DNA of 64,000 nt from a virus. A program made the position numbers and the translations under genes. Location of the stretch: positions 14,899 to 78,898 of IMG/VR virus record IMGVR_UViG_3300032579_000011. One strand, 5' to 3'. This document shows positions 1 through 9,639 of the stretch, piece by piece (the stretch's first letter is position 1; each line of letters begins with the position of its first letter). The notes beneath the pieces are model-generated. The model was not told where the DNA came from. It ran no database searches and saw only the letters and a list, made by a program, of their open reading frames with translations.

Positions 1-207
1 AATAGATACAATGATCCCAACATTAATCGTAGGTTTGTTCTTGGGGTTGATCGTAGCAAAATGCGTCTCTATGATGTAGAACAATCAGCACAAGAAGATA
101 TCCTTGAAGGTCCCGTAATGGATAATACTAAATTTGGCGAGGAAGATTACGAACGTTCTAAACCAAAAAATAAATTTGATAGATCTAAATTTTCGGGGTT
201 TAAATGA
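1..207 (+). CDS. gp41: C-terminal end of T4 gp41-like replicative helicase (partial)
   Basis: Frame 1 reads NRYNDPNINRRFVLGVDRSKMRLYDVEQSAQ..., typical gp41 C-terminus; TGA at 205-207. Confidence 0.85.
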   Translation, partial: NRYNDPNINRRFVLGVDRSKMRLYDVEQSAQEDILEGPVMDNTKFGEEDYERSKPKNKFDRSKFSGFK

Positions 208-707
208 GAGACATTTATATAATAAGTGATACGCACTTTGGTCATGAAAACATTCTTAAATTTACAGGTTTTGATGGCGGACCTGTACGTGAGTTTCATG
301 ATGTTCATCATATGAATGAGTATATGGTTGAACGTTGGAACAAAACGATTAAGGATAATGATATTGTATATCATCTTGGTGACGTTTATTTTGGTAAAGG
401 TCACCAAATGCTTTCTAGATTGCGCGGAAGAAAAAGATTGATCCTTGGCAATCATGACAATGGAAAAAGTGAACATCTTCTAAACAATTTTGAGAAAATA
501 CTCATGTGGAGAGATTTCAAGGAATTTGATTGTATTCTTTCTCACGTTCCTTTGCACGAAAGCGCATTGTATAAACGTAAGTATAATCTTCATGGTCACG
601 TTCATAAAGGCGCCCACAGAGGACTTATGCAAGATAAACGTTATATAAATTGTTGCGTTGAAGTTCGTGATTACACACCTGTTCATATTGAAGAGTTAGT
701 CAAGTGA
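204..707 (+). CDS. Calcineurin-like metallophosphoesterase
   Basis: DTHFGH, LGD, GNHD, SHVP, HGHVH motifs. Confidence 0.9.
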   Translation: MRDIYIISDTHFGHENILKFTGFDGGPVREFHDVHHMNEYMVERWNKTIKDNDIVYHLGDVYFGKGHQMLSRLRGRKRLILGNHDNGKSEHLLNNFEKILMWRDFKEFDCILSHVPLHESALYKRKYNLHGHVHKGAHRGLMQDKRYINCCVEVRDYTPVHIEELVK

Positions 708-1114
708 TACATAAAATAGGCGTAACTGGAACTCGTTCCGGTATGGATGATAAACAATTAAAAGAAGTTAAAAAATATCTTGAAGGTATGATTTATCTTC
801 TTGGCAACATTGAACTTCATCATGGAGATTGTGTTGGAGTTGATGTTGAAGTTGCTAACATAGCTCAACAATTGGGTTGTAAAATTGTTTGTCATCCGCC
901 CATTAAATCTGAACTTAGAGCATTTCACAAATCGGACGAATATCGACCACCATACTCTTATTTTGAAAGAAATAGAAATATTGTTGATAGTTGTGACGTT
1001 TTAATGGTTGTACCATACCAAACAGAACATCAAAAGAATGGCGGAACTTGGTATACTCACGACTATGCCGTTAAAAAGAAAAAGCCTTTGGAAATTTTTT
1101 ATCCGAATCGTTAA
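704..1114 (+). CDS. SLOG/YspA-like nucleotide-binding protein
   Basis: GVTGTR, HHGDCVGVD, RNRNIVD, GGTWYT motifs. Confidence 0.7.
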   Translation: MIHKIGVTGTRSGMDDKQLKEVKKYLEGMIYLLGNIELHHGDCVGVDVEVANIAQQLGCKIVCHPPIKSELRAFHKSDEYRPPYSYFERNRNIVDSCDVLMVVPYQTEHQKNGGTWYTHDYAVKKKKPLEIFYPNR

Positions 1115-1121
1115 AATCCGC

Positions 1122-1150
1122 TTGACTTTCATAAAAATCTAAAGTATACT
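1122..1150 (+). promoter_or_regulatory. sigma70-like promoter
   Basis: TTGACT-N17-TATACT; same pattern recurs at 13914, 24582 and on the minus strand at 42188, 48581. Confidence 0.75.
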
Positions 1151-1176
1151 ATAAACTGAGAAAAAAGGATGAAATC

Positions 1177-1386
1177 ATGAATTATAAGATGAAGGTTGAT
1201 AACGGTGTTCATCAGGTTTTCGAAACAGCAACAGAACAAATTATCAAAACTTTCGACAACAAAGAAGGTTGTCGCAAATTTATGCGTCAGCTCAACCTTG
1301 GTAGCGGATTCGATGGGTTCACTCCAAGTTTTTTTCTGAAAAAAATTGAAATTAAGAAAAATAAAAACAAAAGAAAGACTAAATAA
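1177..1386 (+). CDS. Hypothetical protein
   Basis: ORF downstream of promoter with AAGGA RBS. Confidence 0.7.
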   Translation: MNYKMKVDNGVHQVFETATEQIIKTFDNKEGCRKFMRQLNLGSGFDGFTPSFFLKKIEIKKNKNKRKTK

Positions 1387-1390
1387 TACA

Positions 1391-1495
1391 AACGAAAATA
1401 CGTATTGCGCAACGTCGCAAGAGGCAAGAGTCTATAAAGAGACACGGAATAGTTAAGAAAACATGGGTGGGGTTCCCCTTAACCGTATTTTCGTT
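1391..1495 (+). ncRNA. Candidate structured non-coding RNA
   Basis: Perfect 12-bp closing stem (1391-1402/1484-1495), three internal hairpins, TAAATA upstream, terminator downstream. Confidence 0.6.
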
Positions 1496-1500
1496 AATTA

Positions 1501-1528
1501 AAGGCGGGCTGAAAAGCTCGCCTTTTTT
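1501..1528 (+). terminator. Rho-independent terminator
   Basis: AAGGCGGGCT-GAAA-AGCTCGCCTT followed by T-run. Confidence 0.85.
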
Positions 1529-1541
1529 ATTATCTAAAAAC

Positions 1542-1549
1542 TATAAATA
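1542..1549 (+). promoter_or_regulatory. T4-type late promoter
   Basis: TATAAATA upstream of late block; also at 6789, 11252. Confidence 0.75.
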
Positions 1550-1575
1550 AACCATAATCTAATATAGGAATTATA

Positions 1576-2223
1576 ATGATAACGTTTAAAGATTTCGCTG
1601 ATTTTATTGTTGAAGAAACCAATAATCCAAAGCATGAAATTCATTATTACGATCTAGACGATACTTTGGTTCATCACGATAACAGCAAGCTTAGAGTTCA
1701 CGTCAAAGATTCATCAGGCAAAAGAGTTAGAACCTTGACGAGTTCTGAATTCAATACTCATCAATTGCCTCCTGGACATTCATATGATTTTGGCGAGTTC
1801 AAATCTTCAGATGTGTTTGGTAAATCAGCGAAACCTATTAAGAAAGTCATAAATAAATTGAAAGGATTGTCTGATAAAGGTCGTAAAGTAGAAATACTAA
1901 CAGCGCGCCAAGATTTAGACGATCAGCCTAAATTTGCTCATCATATGATGAAGTTTGGTATCGATATCGGTAAGGTTCACGTTAGAAGATCTGGTAATCC
2001 TCCGAACGAAAAGAAAAAACCCTCAGAGGCAAAGAAAGCAATTATATCGGACGCTATTGATAAACATGGTTATAAAAGAGTTCATTTGTATGATGATTCA
2101 GCGGAGAATTTAGAAGCTATGTTGTCTTTGAAAAAGAAACATAAAGATGTAGAGTTTCACGCGCATCATGTACAACATAACCCAGAAACTGGGGAAACAA
2201 CTATTACTACGAGGAAAGTTTGA
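1576..2223 (+). CDS. HAD-superfamily-like protein with capsid-targeting-like N-terminus
   Basis: DLDDTL, LTAR, YDDS motifs; starts MITFKDFADFIVEE. Confidence 0.65.
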   Translation: MITFKDFADFIVEETNNPKHEIHYYDLDDTLVHHDNSKLRVHVKDSSGKRVRTLTSSEFNTHQLPPGHSYDFGEFKSSDVFGKSAKPIKKVINKLKGLSDKGRKVEILTARQDLDDQPKFAHHMMKFGIDIGKVHVRRSGNPPNEKKKPSEAKKAIISDAIDKHGYKRVHLYDDSAENLEAMLSLKKKHKDVEFHAHHVQHNPETGETTITTRKV

Positions 2224-3653
2224 TGATTAATTTTAAGGATTTTTTAATTGAATCTAAAGGAGCTGACACTGCTTTTTCTGGCCATGCTAACGAACATCTT
2301 ACTCATCATTTATTGCAAAAATATATTAATCATTTAAAAAATTCATTACAAAATGGTTCTAATTTAGAAAGTTCTCATTCTGCTGCTATGCAGCATATGT
2401 TAAATCAAAAATATGATCCGAATAAATTTTCGCAAATTCCTGAATTGGGAAATGCGAGAGCTCATTTCGGCGACGAAGAAATGGGAAACATGCATGAAGA
2501 TTCTAAAAAAACTGCTTCTGCTATTATAAATCATCTTAGAAATAATTATAATTTGGGCGTTTCAGATTCTAGACATATTGGTAAAGAAAATGTTGGTAGG
2601 TCTGGAGGAGCTGATTTAGAAATTAGTACGCAAAATGATAGAGGAGAACCTGATAAATCTAAAGTTTATTTAGAACATTTGGGAGCTTCTTTAAAATATG
2701 CTAAATCTCCTTCTTCTACAATAAAAATACATTCTCCTAGTGTAAAAACTATGTCTGGTATAATTGATAAACATCATCAATTAATGCATGGAGAAAAAAG
2801 CGGTTTACAAGAAACTTTAAATAATATAGGAAAAGAAGGAGTTCTTTCTCAACAAACTGCTTTGGCAAAACATCATGATGTTTTATCTAAATATTTTAAT
2901 GAATTAGGCGATAAAAAATTAACTTATAAACCTATGATGAATTCGAATGGTCAGGTTATTGGTGGAAATTTGAGTAAACACGCTGTGAGTCATTTAAGAG
3001 ACAGTAAAGATCCTAAGTTAAGAGCAGCTTATAATGATATGGCAAATGAAAATTTAAAAATGAAAACTAGAATGGCTGCAGCTTTACATGATTCTATTTC
3101 TAAAATTTTAGATCATCCTTCAACTTCTCCAGAACACGATCAAATTAAAGAATCTTTAATTAGAGATATGGCTAATATTCATAAAGATCAAGCTCCATCT
3201 ATACTTGTTTCTACAGAAAGAAATAAACCTGAAGCTTCAGTTTATGATACTAGTGATTATCTTACTAAATCAATTACAAGAAATGGTTTAAACGGTCACA
3301 GTTATTCTGGAAAATCAACTTTTAAAGTTGGCCCCATGGATTTAGCGTTAGATACTAGACCTACTACTTCTAGAAACCCTGTCAGCTCTTATCCAGTAAA
3401 TGCCAGCATAAAAACTTCTGATGTTAAACAAAATGGAAGTTATCCGAAAACTGTAGAAACACCTCCAACAACAAAAAAAGTAAAGAATAGTAAATCACCT
3501 ACTAAACCAACACCACAACAAGTAGCGGCTTTAAAACATCAACAGACTCATCCTATATTTGGTAATAGTACTGGAGAACATAGCGGTACAAGTTTCTATA
3601 GTCCGGCTGACACCGAACACGCTCAAAATATGCAAGCACAAGGAGCGCAATAA
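2220..3653 (+). CDS. Hypothetical protein, possible PD-(D/E)XK-like fold
   Basis: 477 aa; GHANE...GGADLEI...ASLKY; starts MINFKDFLIES. Confidence 0.55.
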   Translation: MMINFKDFLIESKGADTAFSGHANEHLTHHLLQKYINHLKNSLQNGSNLESSHSAAMQHMLNQKYDPNKFSQIPELGNARAHFGDEEMGNMHEDSKKTASAIINHLRNNYNLGVSDSRHIGKENVGRSGGADLEISTQNDRGEPDKSKVYLEHLGASLKYAKSPSSTIKIHSPSVKTMSGIIDKHHQLMHGEKSGLQETLNNIGKEGVLSQQTALAKHHDVLSKYFNELGDKKLTYKPMMNSNGQVIGGNLSKHAVSHLRDSKDPKLRAAYNDMANENLKMKTRMAAALHDSISKILDHPSTSPEHDQIKESLIRDMANIHKDQAPSILVSTERNKPEASVYDTSDYLTKSITRNGLNGHSYSGKSTFKVGPMDLALDTRPTTSRNPVSSYPVNASIKTSDVKQNGSYPKTVETPPTTKKVKNSKSPTKPTPQQVAALKHQQTHPIFGNSTGEHSGTSFYSPADTEHAQNMQAQGAQ

Positions 3654-4891
3654 TGCTTAATTTTAAAACTTATTTAATAGAAGCTCCTGTTAAACAAACT
3701 GAAGGTAAACCATTAACTCATCTTCGTCACTTAGAAGATAACGCGATTTACGACGGTCATGAAGGTGTTGCTAGAGCTGCTGATTTTCTAGACGACGCTC
3801 ATAAAAAACTATTGGGTAAAAATTCGGCGACTCATTTTTCCACAAAGTTTGATGGTGCGCCCTCTATAGTATTTGGTCATCATCCACAAACAGGTCAGTT
3901 TTTTGTTGCAACAAAAGGCGCTTTTAATAAAACTCCAAAACTTGCATTTAGTCACGAAGATATCGATAAACACTATGGGCATGCTCCAGGATTGGCTAAA
4001 AAAATGCATGCTGCTTTTGAACATCTTCCTAAAATTATGCCACAAAACGCAAAGGCCGTAGATGTATATCAAGGCGATATGAAGTATACTAAGCCTGATA
4101 TTACAACCTCTGGTGGTCGTCATAGTTTTACGCCAAACACTATTACGTATTCAACACCTACTGATTCAGCCGATGCAGCAAAAATTAAGGCGGCAAAAAT
4201 GGGCGTTGTAATTCATACAAAATACAAAGGACCAAAAGGAGCTGGACTCGAAGGTATGTCAGCTGGCCCATTAGATGATAAAGAAAGAGCTAGATTAAGT
4301 AATCATCCGGATGTTCATAATATTGATCCAACAATAACAATAAATCCGGCTAATTATACGCCCGCTGAACAACAGGAATTTCTTAGTCATAGAGAAGCAG
4401 CAACAAGAACTTATCGCAGTATGAAACCAGAAGCTTTTGATGTTGTTTCTAAACATGGTCAAAATATTGAAACTCATGTAAACGATATGGTTAGACAAGG
4501 CGGAGAGCCTTCTGTTGAAGGTTATTTGGCTCATCTTCAAGCAAGACATCAAAAAGATTTAGATTCTGTAAAAACTGAAGCAGCAAAAAATAAAAAACGT
4601 CAAGCTCACGCTGCGATGATGCAAGAAATATATGACAATAAAGATCATTTTAAGAAAGCTTTGGAGCTTCATAATCATCTTCAAAAGGCCAAAGATGTAT
4701 TGACTGGCGTAATGGCCAAAAACAATCAATGGGGTCATTCAATTGGTGGTGAAGGAACAAATCCGGAAGGCGTTGTTGCTGCCAATAAAAAAGGTGAAAT
4801 GACTAAATTTGTCAACAGAAAAGAATTTGCCCGTCAAAATTTCTTGAAGGGCGCTTTCCAAAAACAACAGGCGGCTGCTAATGCTACGTAG
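3653..4891 (+). CDS. Conserved T4-like phage protein (DUF6267-like)
   Basis: HLRHLED, KFDGAPSIVFG, FFVATKG, YQGD, EGVV, KFVNRKEF motifs. Confidence 0.7.
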   Translation: MLNFKTYLIEAPVKQTEGKPLTHLRHLEDNAIYDGHEGVARAADFLDDAHKKLLGKNSATHFSTKFDGAPSIVFGHHPQTGQFFVATKGAFNKTPKLAFSHEDIDKHYGHAPGLAKKMHAAFEHLPKIMPQNAKAVDVYQGDMKYTKPDITTSGGRHSFTPNTITYSTPTDSADAAKIKAAKMGVVIHTKYKGPKGAGLEGMSAGPLDDKERARLSNHPDVHNIDPTITINPANYTPAEQQEFLSHREAATRTYRSMKPEAFDVVSKHGQNIETHVNDMVRQGGEPSVEGYLAHLQARHQKDLDSVKTEAAKNKKRQAHAAMMQEIYDNKDHFKKALELHNHLQKAKDVLTGVMAKNNQWGHSIGGEGTNPEGVVAANKKGEMTKFVNRKEFARQNFLKGAFQKQQAAANAT

Positions 4892-5504
4892 TTTTCTTCA
4901 ATACTTAAGAGAGTCAAATAAAGATACAAGACCAGTAGTATTGACTTACGGAAGAATGAATCCGGGTCCTACAATTGGTCATCAAAAAGTTATTGAAAAG
5001 GTTCATGATTTGGCCAACAAACAAGGTGCTCATCATGAAATTATTCTTTCTCACTCTCAAGATTCAAATAAGAATCCATTAAGTATTGATCAAAAGTTAG
5101 AGCATGCAAGAAAGTTTTTTCCACAAACCAATTTTGTTGGTTCTTCCAAAGAAACGCCAACAATTTTACATCATCTAAGTAGATTACATGCAGCTGGACA
5201 CCCGGAAGCAACTGTCGTAGTTGGTTCTGATAGAGTTCCTGAATTTACTAAAATGTTAAAACAATATAACGGTGTTCCTGGTAAACATGGTTATTACAAT
5301 TTCAATAAATTAAAAGTTGTGTCGGCTGGCGATAGAGATCCTGACGCCGAAGGAGTTGAGGGTATGTCTTCAAGTAAAATGAGAATGGCCGCGCAAGCAG
5401 GCGATTTTGATAGTTTCAGACATGGCGTTCCTTCTCACGTTCCAGATGAAGATGCAAAAAAACTATTCAACGATACCCAAGCAGGTATGAACGCGGGAAA
5501 ATAA
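4881..5504 (+). CDS. Phage cytidyltransferase-like nucleotidyltransferase
   Basis: YGRMNPGPTIGH, KNPL, VVGSDR, SAGDRDPDAEGVEGMSSSKMR. Confidence 0.85.
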   Translation: MLRSFLQYLRESNKDTRPVVLTYGRMNPGPTIGHQKVIEKVHDLANKQGAHHEIILSHSQDSNKNPLSIDQKLEHARKFFPQTNFVGSSKETPTILHHLSRLHAAGHPEATVVVGSDRVPEFTKMLKQYNGVPGKHGYYNFNKLKVVSAGDRDPDAEGVEGMSSSKMRMAAQAGDFDSFRHGVPSHVPDEDAKKLFNDTQAGMNAGK

Positions 5505-5505
5505 T

Positions 5506-6762
5506 ATGGCCGACGAAAAACTTCTTTTGGAAAAATTTGCCAAAGCTTTTGGCGTTGAAAACGTATTGGAAGATCTTAAGATAAAGAAAGCAAAAGAAAC
5601 TGCCATATTAGAAAGTATGCAAAAAGCTGTAGGTAAAATTAATACCGTTCAAGAAATAGAAATAGAAACCATTGTTGAAGAAAAATCAATAACAGAATCT
5701 GAAGTTATTGTTGAAATGGGTAGACAGCCGGAACCAGTTCTTGATAAAGAACCTATTGTTAATAAGTATGTAAAAGCTTTGTCCAAAATAACAGACCAAA
5801 AGGGTTCGGCAGAACAAAATAGTATACCCGACATTTATCGTCGAGAATTAGATATTATTAAAAAATCAATTGCTGATTTTCATCGTTTTGCTCAAAGACA
5901 TTCGCAACTTGGTGGCGGTGGTGAAGTCAACCTTCGCCATTTAGATGACGTCAATAGATCATCTATCGCTGACGGTCTCTATCTTCGTTACGACGCAGCC
6001 ACAAAGAAGTTTGTGTTTGACGATCCAGTCTCTAGTCCAAACTTACTTAATGTAGCTTCTGATATTATACCATCAACGACTCTAACATATACTATTGGTA
6101 ATACAACAAATCGCTGGGCGCAAGCATATATTGATGAAGTTATTGTTGGTGCAAATTCTATTACATTCCAAGACGTGATAGGTGGAAATCCTGATCAAAC
6201 GCTTTCTCTCGCTAATCAAGTGTTTTATATCACTCAGGGCGCAGGAACTAATACACAGTTCAATGCTAACGCTGGATTCAATGCTGGCGGTATCGTTTTG
6301 CAAAACTATACTGTTCAGTTAGCAAATGCATCGCAAAACTTGATAATCGGTTCTACTTCCGTAAACACAAGCGTTATCTTTAACCAAAACATCCAAGCAA
6401 ATACAACTATTACTTTTACTGATAATACCGTACAAACTACAGCTTATAAGCCTCCGAATGTAAGAATAGCAAATGTCATTTCAAACACAGTATTGATTGA
6501 CTTTTCGACTGACAACTTTGTTCATATTCATACCAATCAAGGAACTGTTACAGCTAACATACAAAATTTGACAGCTGGTAAAGTTGTTGAGCTATTCATC
6601 TTTAACAATGTCGGCGGTACTCAGCAGTTCAACCATGGCGTTTCCTCAACACAGGCTACAGGCGGTTCATCTTTTTATCTCAGCTCTCACAATACGATGT
6701 ATGTTAAGTATTTCTGTTTAGATGGAACTTCAAACAATACGTTCGTAGCTGCTATAACATAA
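5506..6762 (+). CDS. Probable virion structural / fiber-like protein
   Basis: GGGGEVNLRHLDDV motif followed by T/N/V-rich beta-type region. Confidence 0.55.
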   Translation: MADEKLLLEKFAKAFGVENVLEDLKIKKAKETAILESMQKAVGKINTVQEIEIETIVEEKSITESEVIVEMGRQPEPVLDKEPIVNKYVKALSKITDQKGSAEQNSIPDIYRRELDIIKKSIADFHRFAQRHSQLGGGGEVNLRHLDDVNRSSIADGLYLRYDAATKKFVFDDPVSSPNLLNVASDIIPSTTLTYTIGNTTNRWAQAYIDEVIVGANSITFQDVIGGNPDQTLSLANQVFYITQGAGTNTQFNANAGFNAGGIVLQNYTVQLANASQNLIIGSTSVNTSVIFNQNIQANTTITFTDNTVQTTAYKPPNVRIANVISNTVLIDFSTDNFVHIHTNQGTVTANIQNLTAGKVVELFIFNNVGGTQQFNHGVSSTQATGGSSFYLSSHNTMYVKYFCLDGTSNNTFVAAIT

Positions 6763-6867
6763 GTTAATTTTTCTGAACAATTATAATTTATAAATAAGAA
6801 TGTTAGTGCAGTAAAAGGCCACGGCAGACCTGCAAGAAGTTCTTGGATAAGTCTTAGGAAAACTCCA

Positions 6868-7950
6868 ATGGTTAAAAAATTTAGTACATTTGATCCTCAG
6901 CTAGTTGTTGTAGAGCAACTTGCAGGTTCTGTTGTGAATCTCACTAACTCGGCGAAATTATCGCTTTATAAAAAATCCCAAAAAACAAGCATACCCGTTG
7001 ATATACTTGAAGAAGTATATCGTAGAGGTTATTCAATCTGGAACGATTCCTTCGAAGGAACTCCGGAACAATTTGCATTTGATCGCGTCAATTCATTTAT
7101 TGCGGGCGGATTTGCGCTGCAATTAGACGAAGATTTATTGGAAAATTGGCAAGATTCAAAATATAAAAACCCAGAAGGCGGTTTAACAAAAGCTGGTGTA
7201 ATGGCCTATCGTAGAGAACATCCGGGAAGTCATCTTAAAACAGCAGTAACAACGGAACCTTCAAAATTAAAGCCAGGATCAAAATCAGCAAATAGACGTA
7301 AAAGCTTTTGCGCCCGTATGAGCGGTATGAAGAAACGTTTGACTTCGGCTAAAACTGCTCATGATCCGGATTCACGTATCAATAAGTCATTACGTAAATG
7401 GCATTGTGAAGAAAACGACCTTGAAGAAAAGAAGATGATGGATAATCCTTGTTGGAAAGGTTATCAAGCTTACGGAACAAAGAAAAAGAACGGCAAAACC
7501 GTTCCTAATTGTGTTCCTGTTAAAGAAGATTCATTAAATGAATTATCACCCGAATTAGTTGGTAAAGTTAATAAAGCTAGAATAGTTAACAATAAACCAA
7601 GTAAAACCGAAGTCGGTAGTGACACTTTATTAAAAGCGGTTCAAAAAGCCAGAGAAAAAACTAAGGTCGGTGCAGCTGAATCTTATACGGGTGCTGAAAA
7701 AACTTCCGATGATTTTACGAAACCAAACAGTAGATTTATTGGAACTGATAATTTAGATAAAGTATATAAAGAAGAAACTCCGGGTCAGTCAACAAAAACT
7801 ATTAAACGTGTAGTAAAAGAAATCGCGATAAGAGACGCTGCTGGACACGTTAAACAATTAAAGAACGTTAAAATTAGAATGGCCGATGGGTCAATAAAAA
7901 GCTTACCTCCAGGTAAAAGCGGAAGCTCTGGTGGCGGAGGAAAGGAATAA
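6868..7950 (+). CDS. Modular late protein (DUF6321-like segment)
   Basis: NPEGGLTKAG...RRKSFCARMSG and CWKGY...VPNCVP modules; late promoter at 6789. Confidence 0.6.
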   Translation: MVKKFSTFDPQLVVVEQLAGSVVNLTNSAKLSLYKKSQKTSIPVDILEEVYRRGYSIWNDSFEGTPEQFAFDRVNSFIAGGFALQLDEDLLENWQDSKYKNPEGGLTKAGVMAYRREHPGSHLKTAVTTEPSKLKPGSKSANRRKSFCARMSGMKKRLTSAKTAHDPDSRINKSLRKWHCEENDLEEKKMMDNPCWKGYQAYGTKKKNGKTVPNCVPVKEDSLNELSPELVGKVNKARIVNNKPSKTEVGSDTLLKAVQKAREKTKVGAAESYTGAEKTSDDFTKPNSRFIGTDNLDKVYKEETPGQSTKTIKRVVKEIAIRDAAGHVKQLKNVKIRMADGSIKSLPPGKSGSSGGGGKE

Positions 7951-7951
7951 A

Positions 7952-8401
7952 ATGCAAAATAAAGAATTAGTTGATCAATTAAAAGTGTGTTTGGCAAGTA
8001 CGTTCAGTTATTACTTGAAAGCTCATTACTTTCATTGGAACGTTGAAGGTTCAAACTTTCCTCAATATCACGAGTTCCTTAAAACAATTTATGAAGATTC
8101 TTTCGAGGCTGTTGACGATATTGCAGAAAGAATTCGTACATTAGAAGCATATGCTCCTGGTAGCCTTTATCGTTTTCAAGAATTAACTAAGATAGAAGAT
8201 CAATTAAATATTCCTTCTCCAATAGATATGTTGAGAGAAATTGAAAGAGACAATAAAGCTATTATTGGTTTGTTAACAAAAGCGGCAGATACTTCAGAAC
8301 AATTAAAGAAATACGGTATAACTAATTATCTCCAAGGCCGTATAGAAGCTTTGGAAAAACTTGGTTGGATGATTAGAGCAACTATAAAGGCAGCAAAATA
8401 A
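7952..8401 (+). CDS. dps: Dps/ferritin-like protein
   Basis: KAHYFHWNVEG, HEF, DDIAERIR, WMIR motifs. Confidence 0.9.
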   Translation: MQNKELVDQLKVCLASTFSYYLKAHYFHWNVEGSNFPQYHEFLKTIYEDSFEAVDDIAERIRTLEAYAPGSLYRFQELTKIEDQLNIPSPIDMLREIERDNKAIIGLLTKAADTSEQLKKYGITNYLQGRIEALEKLGWMIRATIKAAK

Positions 8402-9588
8402 TGGCATACGTTAGTTTAGGTCACGCTATTAGAAATATACTTCTTAGAGAAGAAAAAGAACAAAACGTTAATCCAGCCAAGAAAAAAGGGCCTCCTGGTG
8501 GAGACTGGGAAGAAGCCAGTGAAGAAGATAGAAAAAGCAAGAGTAAAGAAATTGTCAAATCAGTAAAAACTCCTGGTCAAAAAGAAGTTAAAGAACAGTT
8601 GAGATTAAATCCAAATCAAAAAAGTAAAGTTCTAACGCCTTCTCATGAATTTTCCGGTAATCAATTTATTACACCACCAGTTCATATTAAACCTCCTGGA
8701 GATACAAGATCTCACGAGAACGATCACGCTCAACGTACAACTAATAAAACTGTGCAAATAAAGAACAAAATCGGTAGCAAAACCCATAATATTGCAGAAA
8801 AAGAAATTAAAGAAATTTCTGATTTAGGTGGTGTTACTTCTAGTCAGAGCAATCCGGAACCAGAAGATGGTGGTAAAAAGAAAATCAAAGAACAATGGGA
8901 TGATGACGCTTATGATGTTATTGCCAATCATAAAAAATCTGAAGCGGGTTATTCAGTTCGTGGCACAGTAAGAGCCAAAAATCATGAAGATGCTATGAAA
9001 CAATGGCATGGAATGTTACAAAGCAGACATATGAGACATAAAGATGATCCGGCAGGCGATGAGTTTTCTTATGCCGTAACTCATAATAATTCAGGCAAGA
9101 AACAAACATTTAATGAGGCTTTTGGCGACGCTGGTTTAACTTCATTGAAAGATGAAGATGGCGGAAAGAAAAAAGTAAAAAAAGAAAGCGCATTTGATAC
9201 TGCTGGAGGAGATACTCCAATTGGTTCTATGGGCGGTAAAAGTAATCCAGGGCCGTCTGCTCGTATGAATACAGAAGATGGCGGTAAAAAGAAAATCAAA
9301 GAAGAAGCTGAAGGCACAAAAGATCGTAAGACAATTGAAAACGTTGCTAGACAAAATTCAGCAACAAGTCCTTTTGATAGAAAATCAAAACTGGCTAAAA
9401 ACGCCGAGATCAAGACTAAAATTATTGATGAGGGTAAAAAACGCGCAAACACTATTAAAAAAATTGTTAAGGGTGATAAGGGTTCGTCTCCAAGCGAAGA
9501 TAGCGGTAATGGGCCAACCAAAGTAATCGGTGATGTTGTTTGGAATCCGAATTTACAGAAACCAGATAAAGACACAGTTTCAAATTAA
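8401..9588 (+). CDS. Charged low-complexity protein with three EDGGKKK(I/V)K repeats
   Basis: Long ORF coupled to dps; repeats visible in translation. Confidence 0.65.
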   Translation: MAYVSLGHAIRNILLREEKEQNVNPAKKKGPPGGDWEEASEEDRKSKSKEIVKSVKTPGQKEVKEQLRLNPNQKSKVLTPSHEFSGNQFITPPVHIKPPGDTRSHENDHAQRTTNKTVQIKNKIGSKTHNIAEKEIKEISDLGGVTSSQSNPEPEDGGKKKIKEQWDDDAYDVIANHKKSEAGYSVRGTVRAKNHEDAMKQWHGMLQSRHMRHKDDPAGDEFSYAVTHNNSGKKQTFNEAFGDAGLTSLKDEDGGKKKVKKESAFDTAGGDTPIGSMGGKSNPGPSARMNTEDGGKKKIKEEAEGTKDRKTIENVARQNSATSPFDRKSKLAKNAEIKTKIIDEGKKRANTIKKIVKGDKGSSPSEDSGNGPTKVIGDVVWNPNLQKPDKDTVSN

Positions 9589-9639
9589 AATTTAAAAAAT
9601 ATTAAATAGTAAAAAGAATTTTAAAAAAGGATTTAATAG

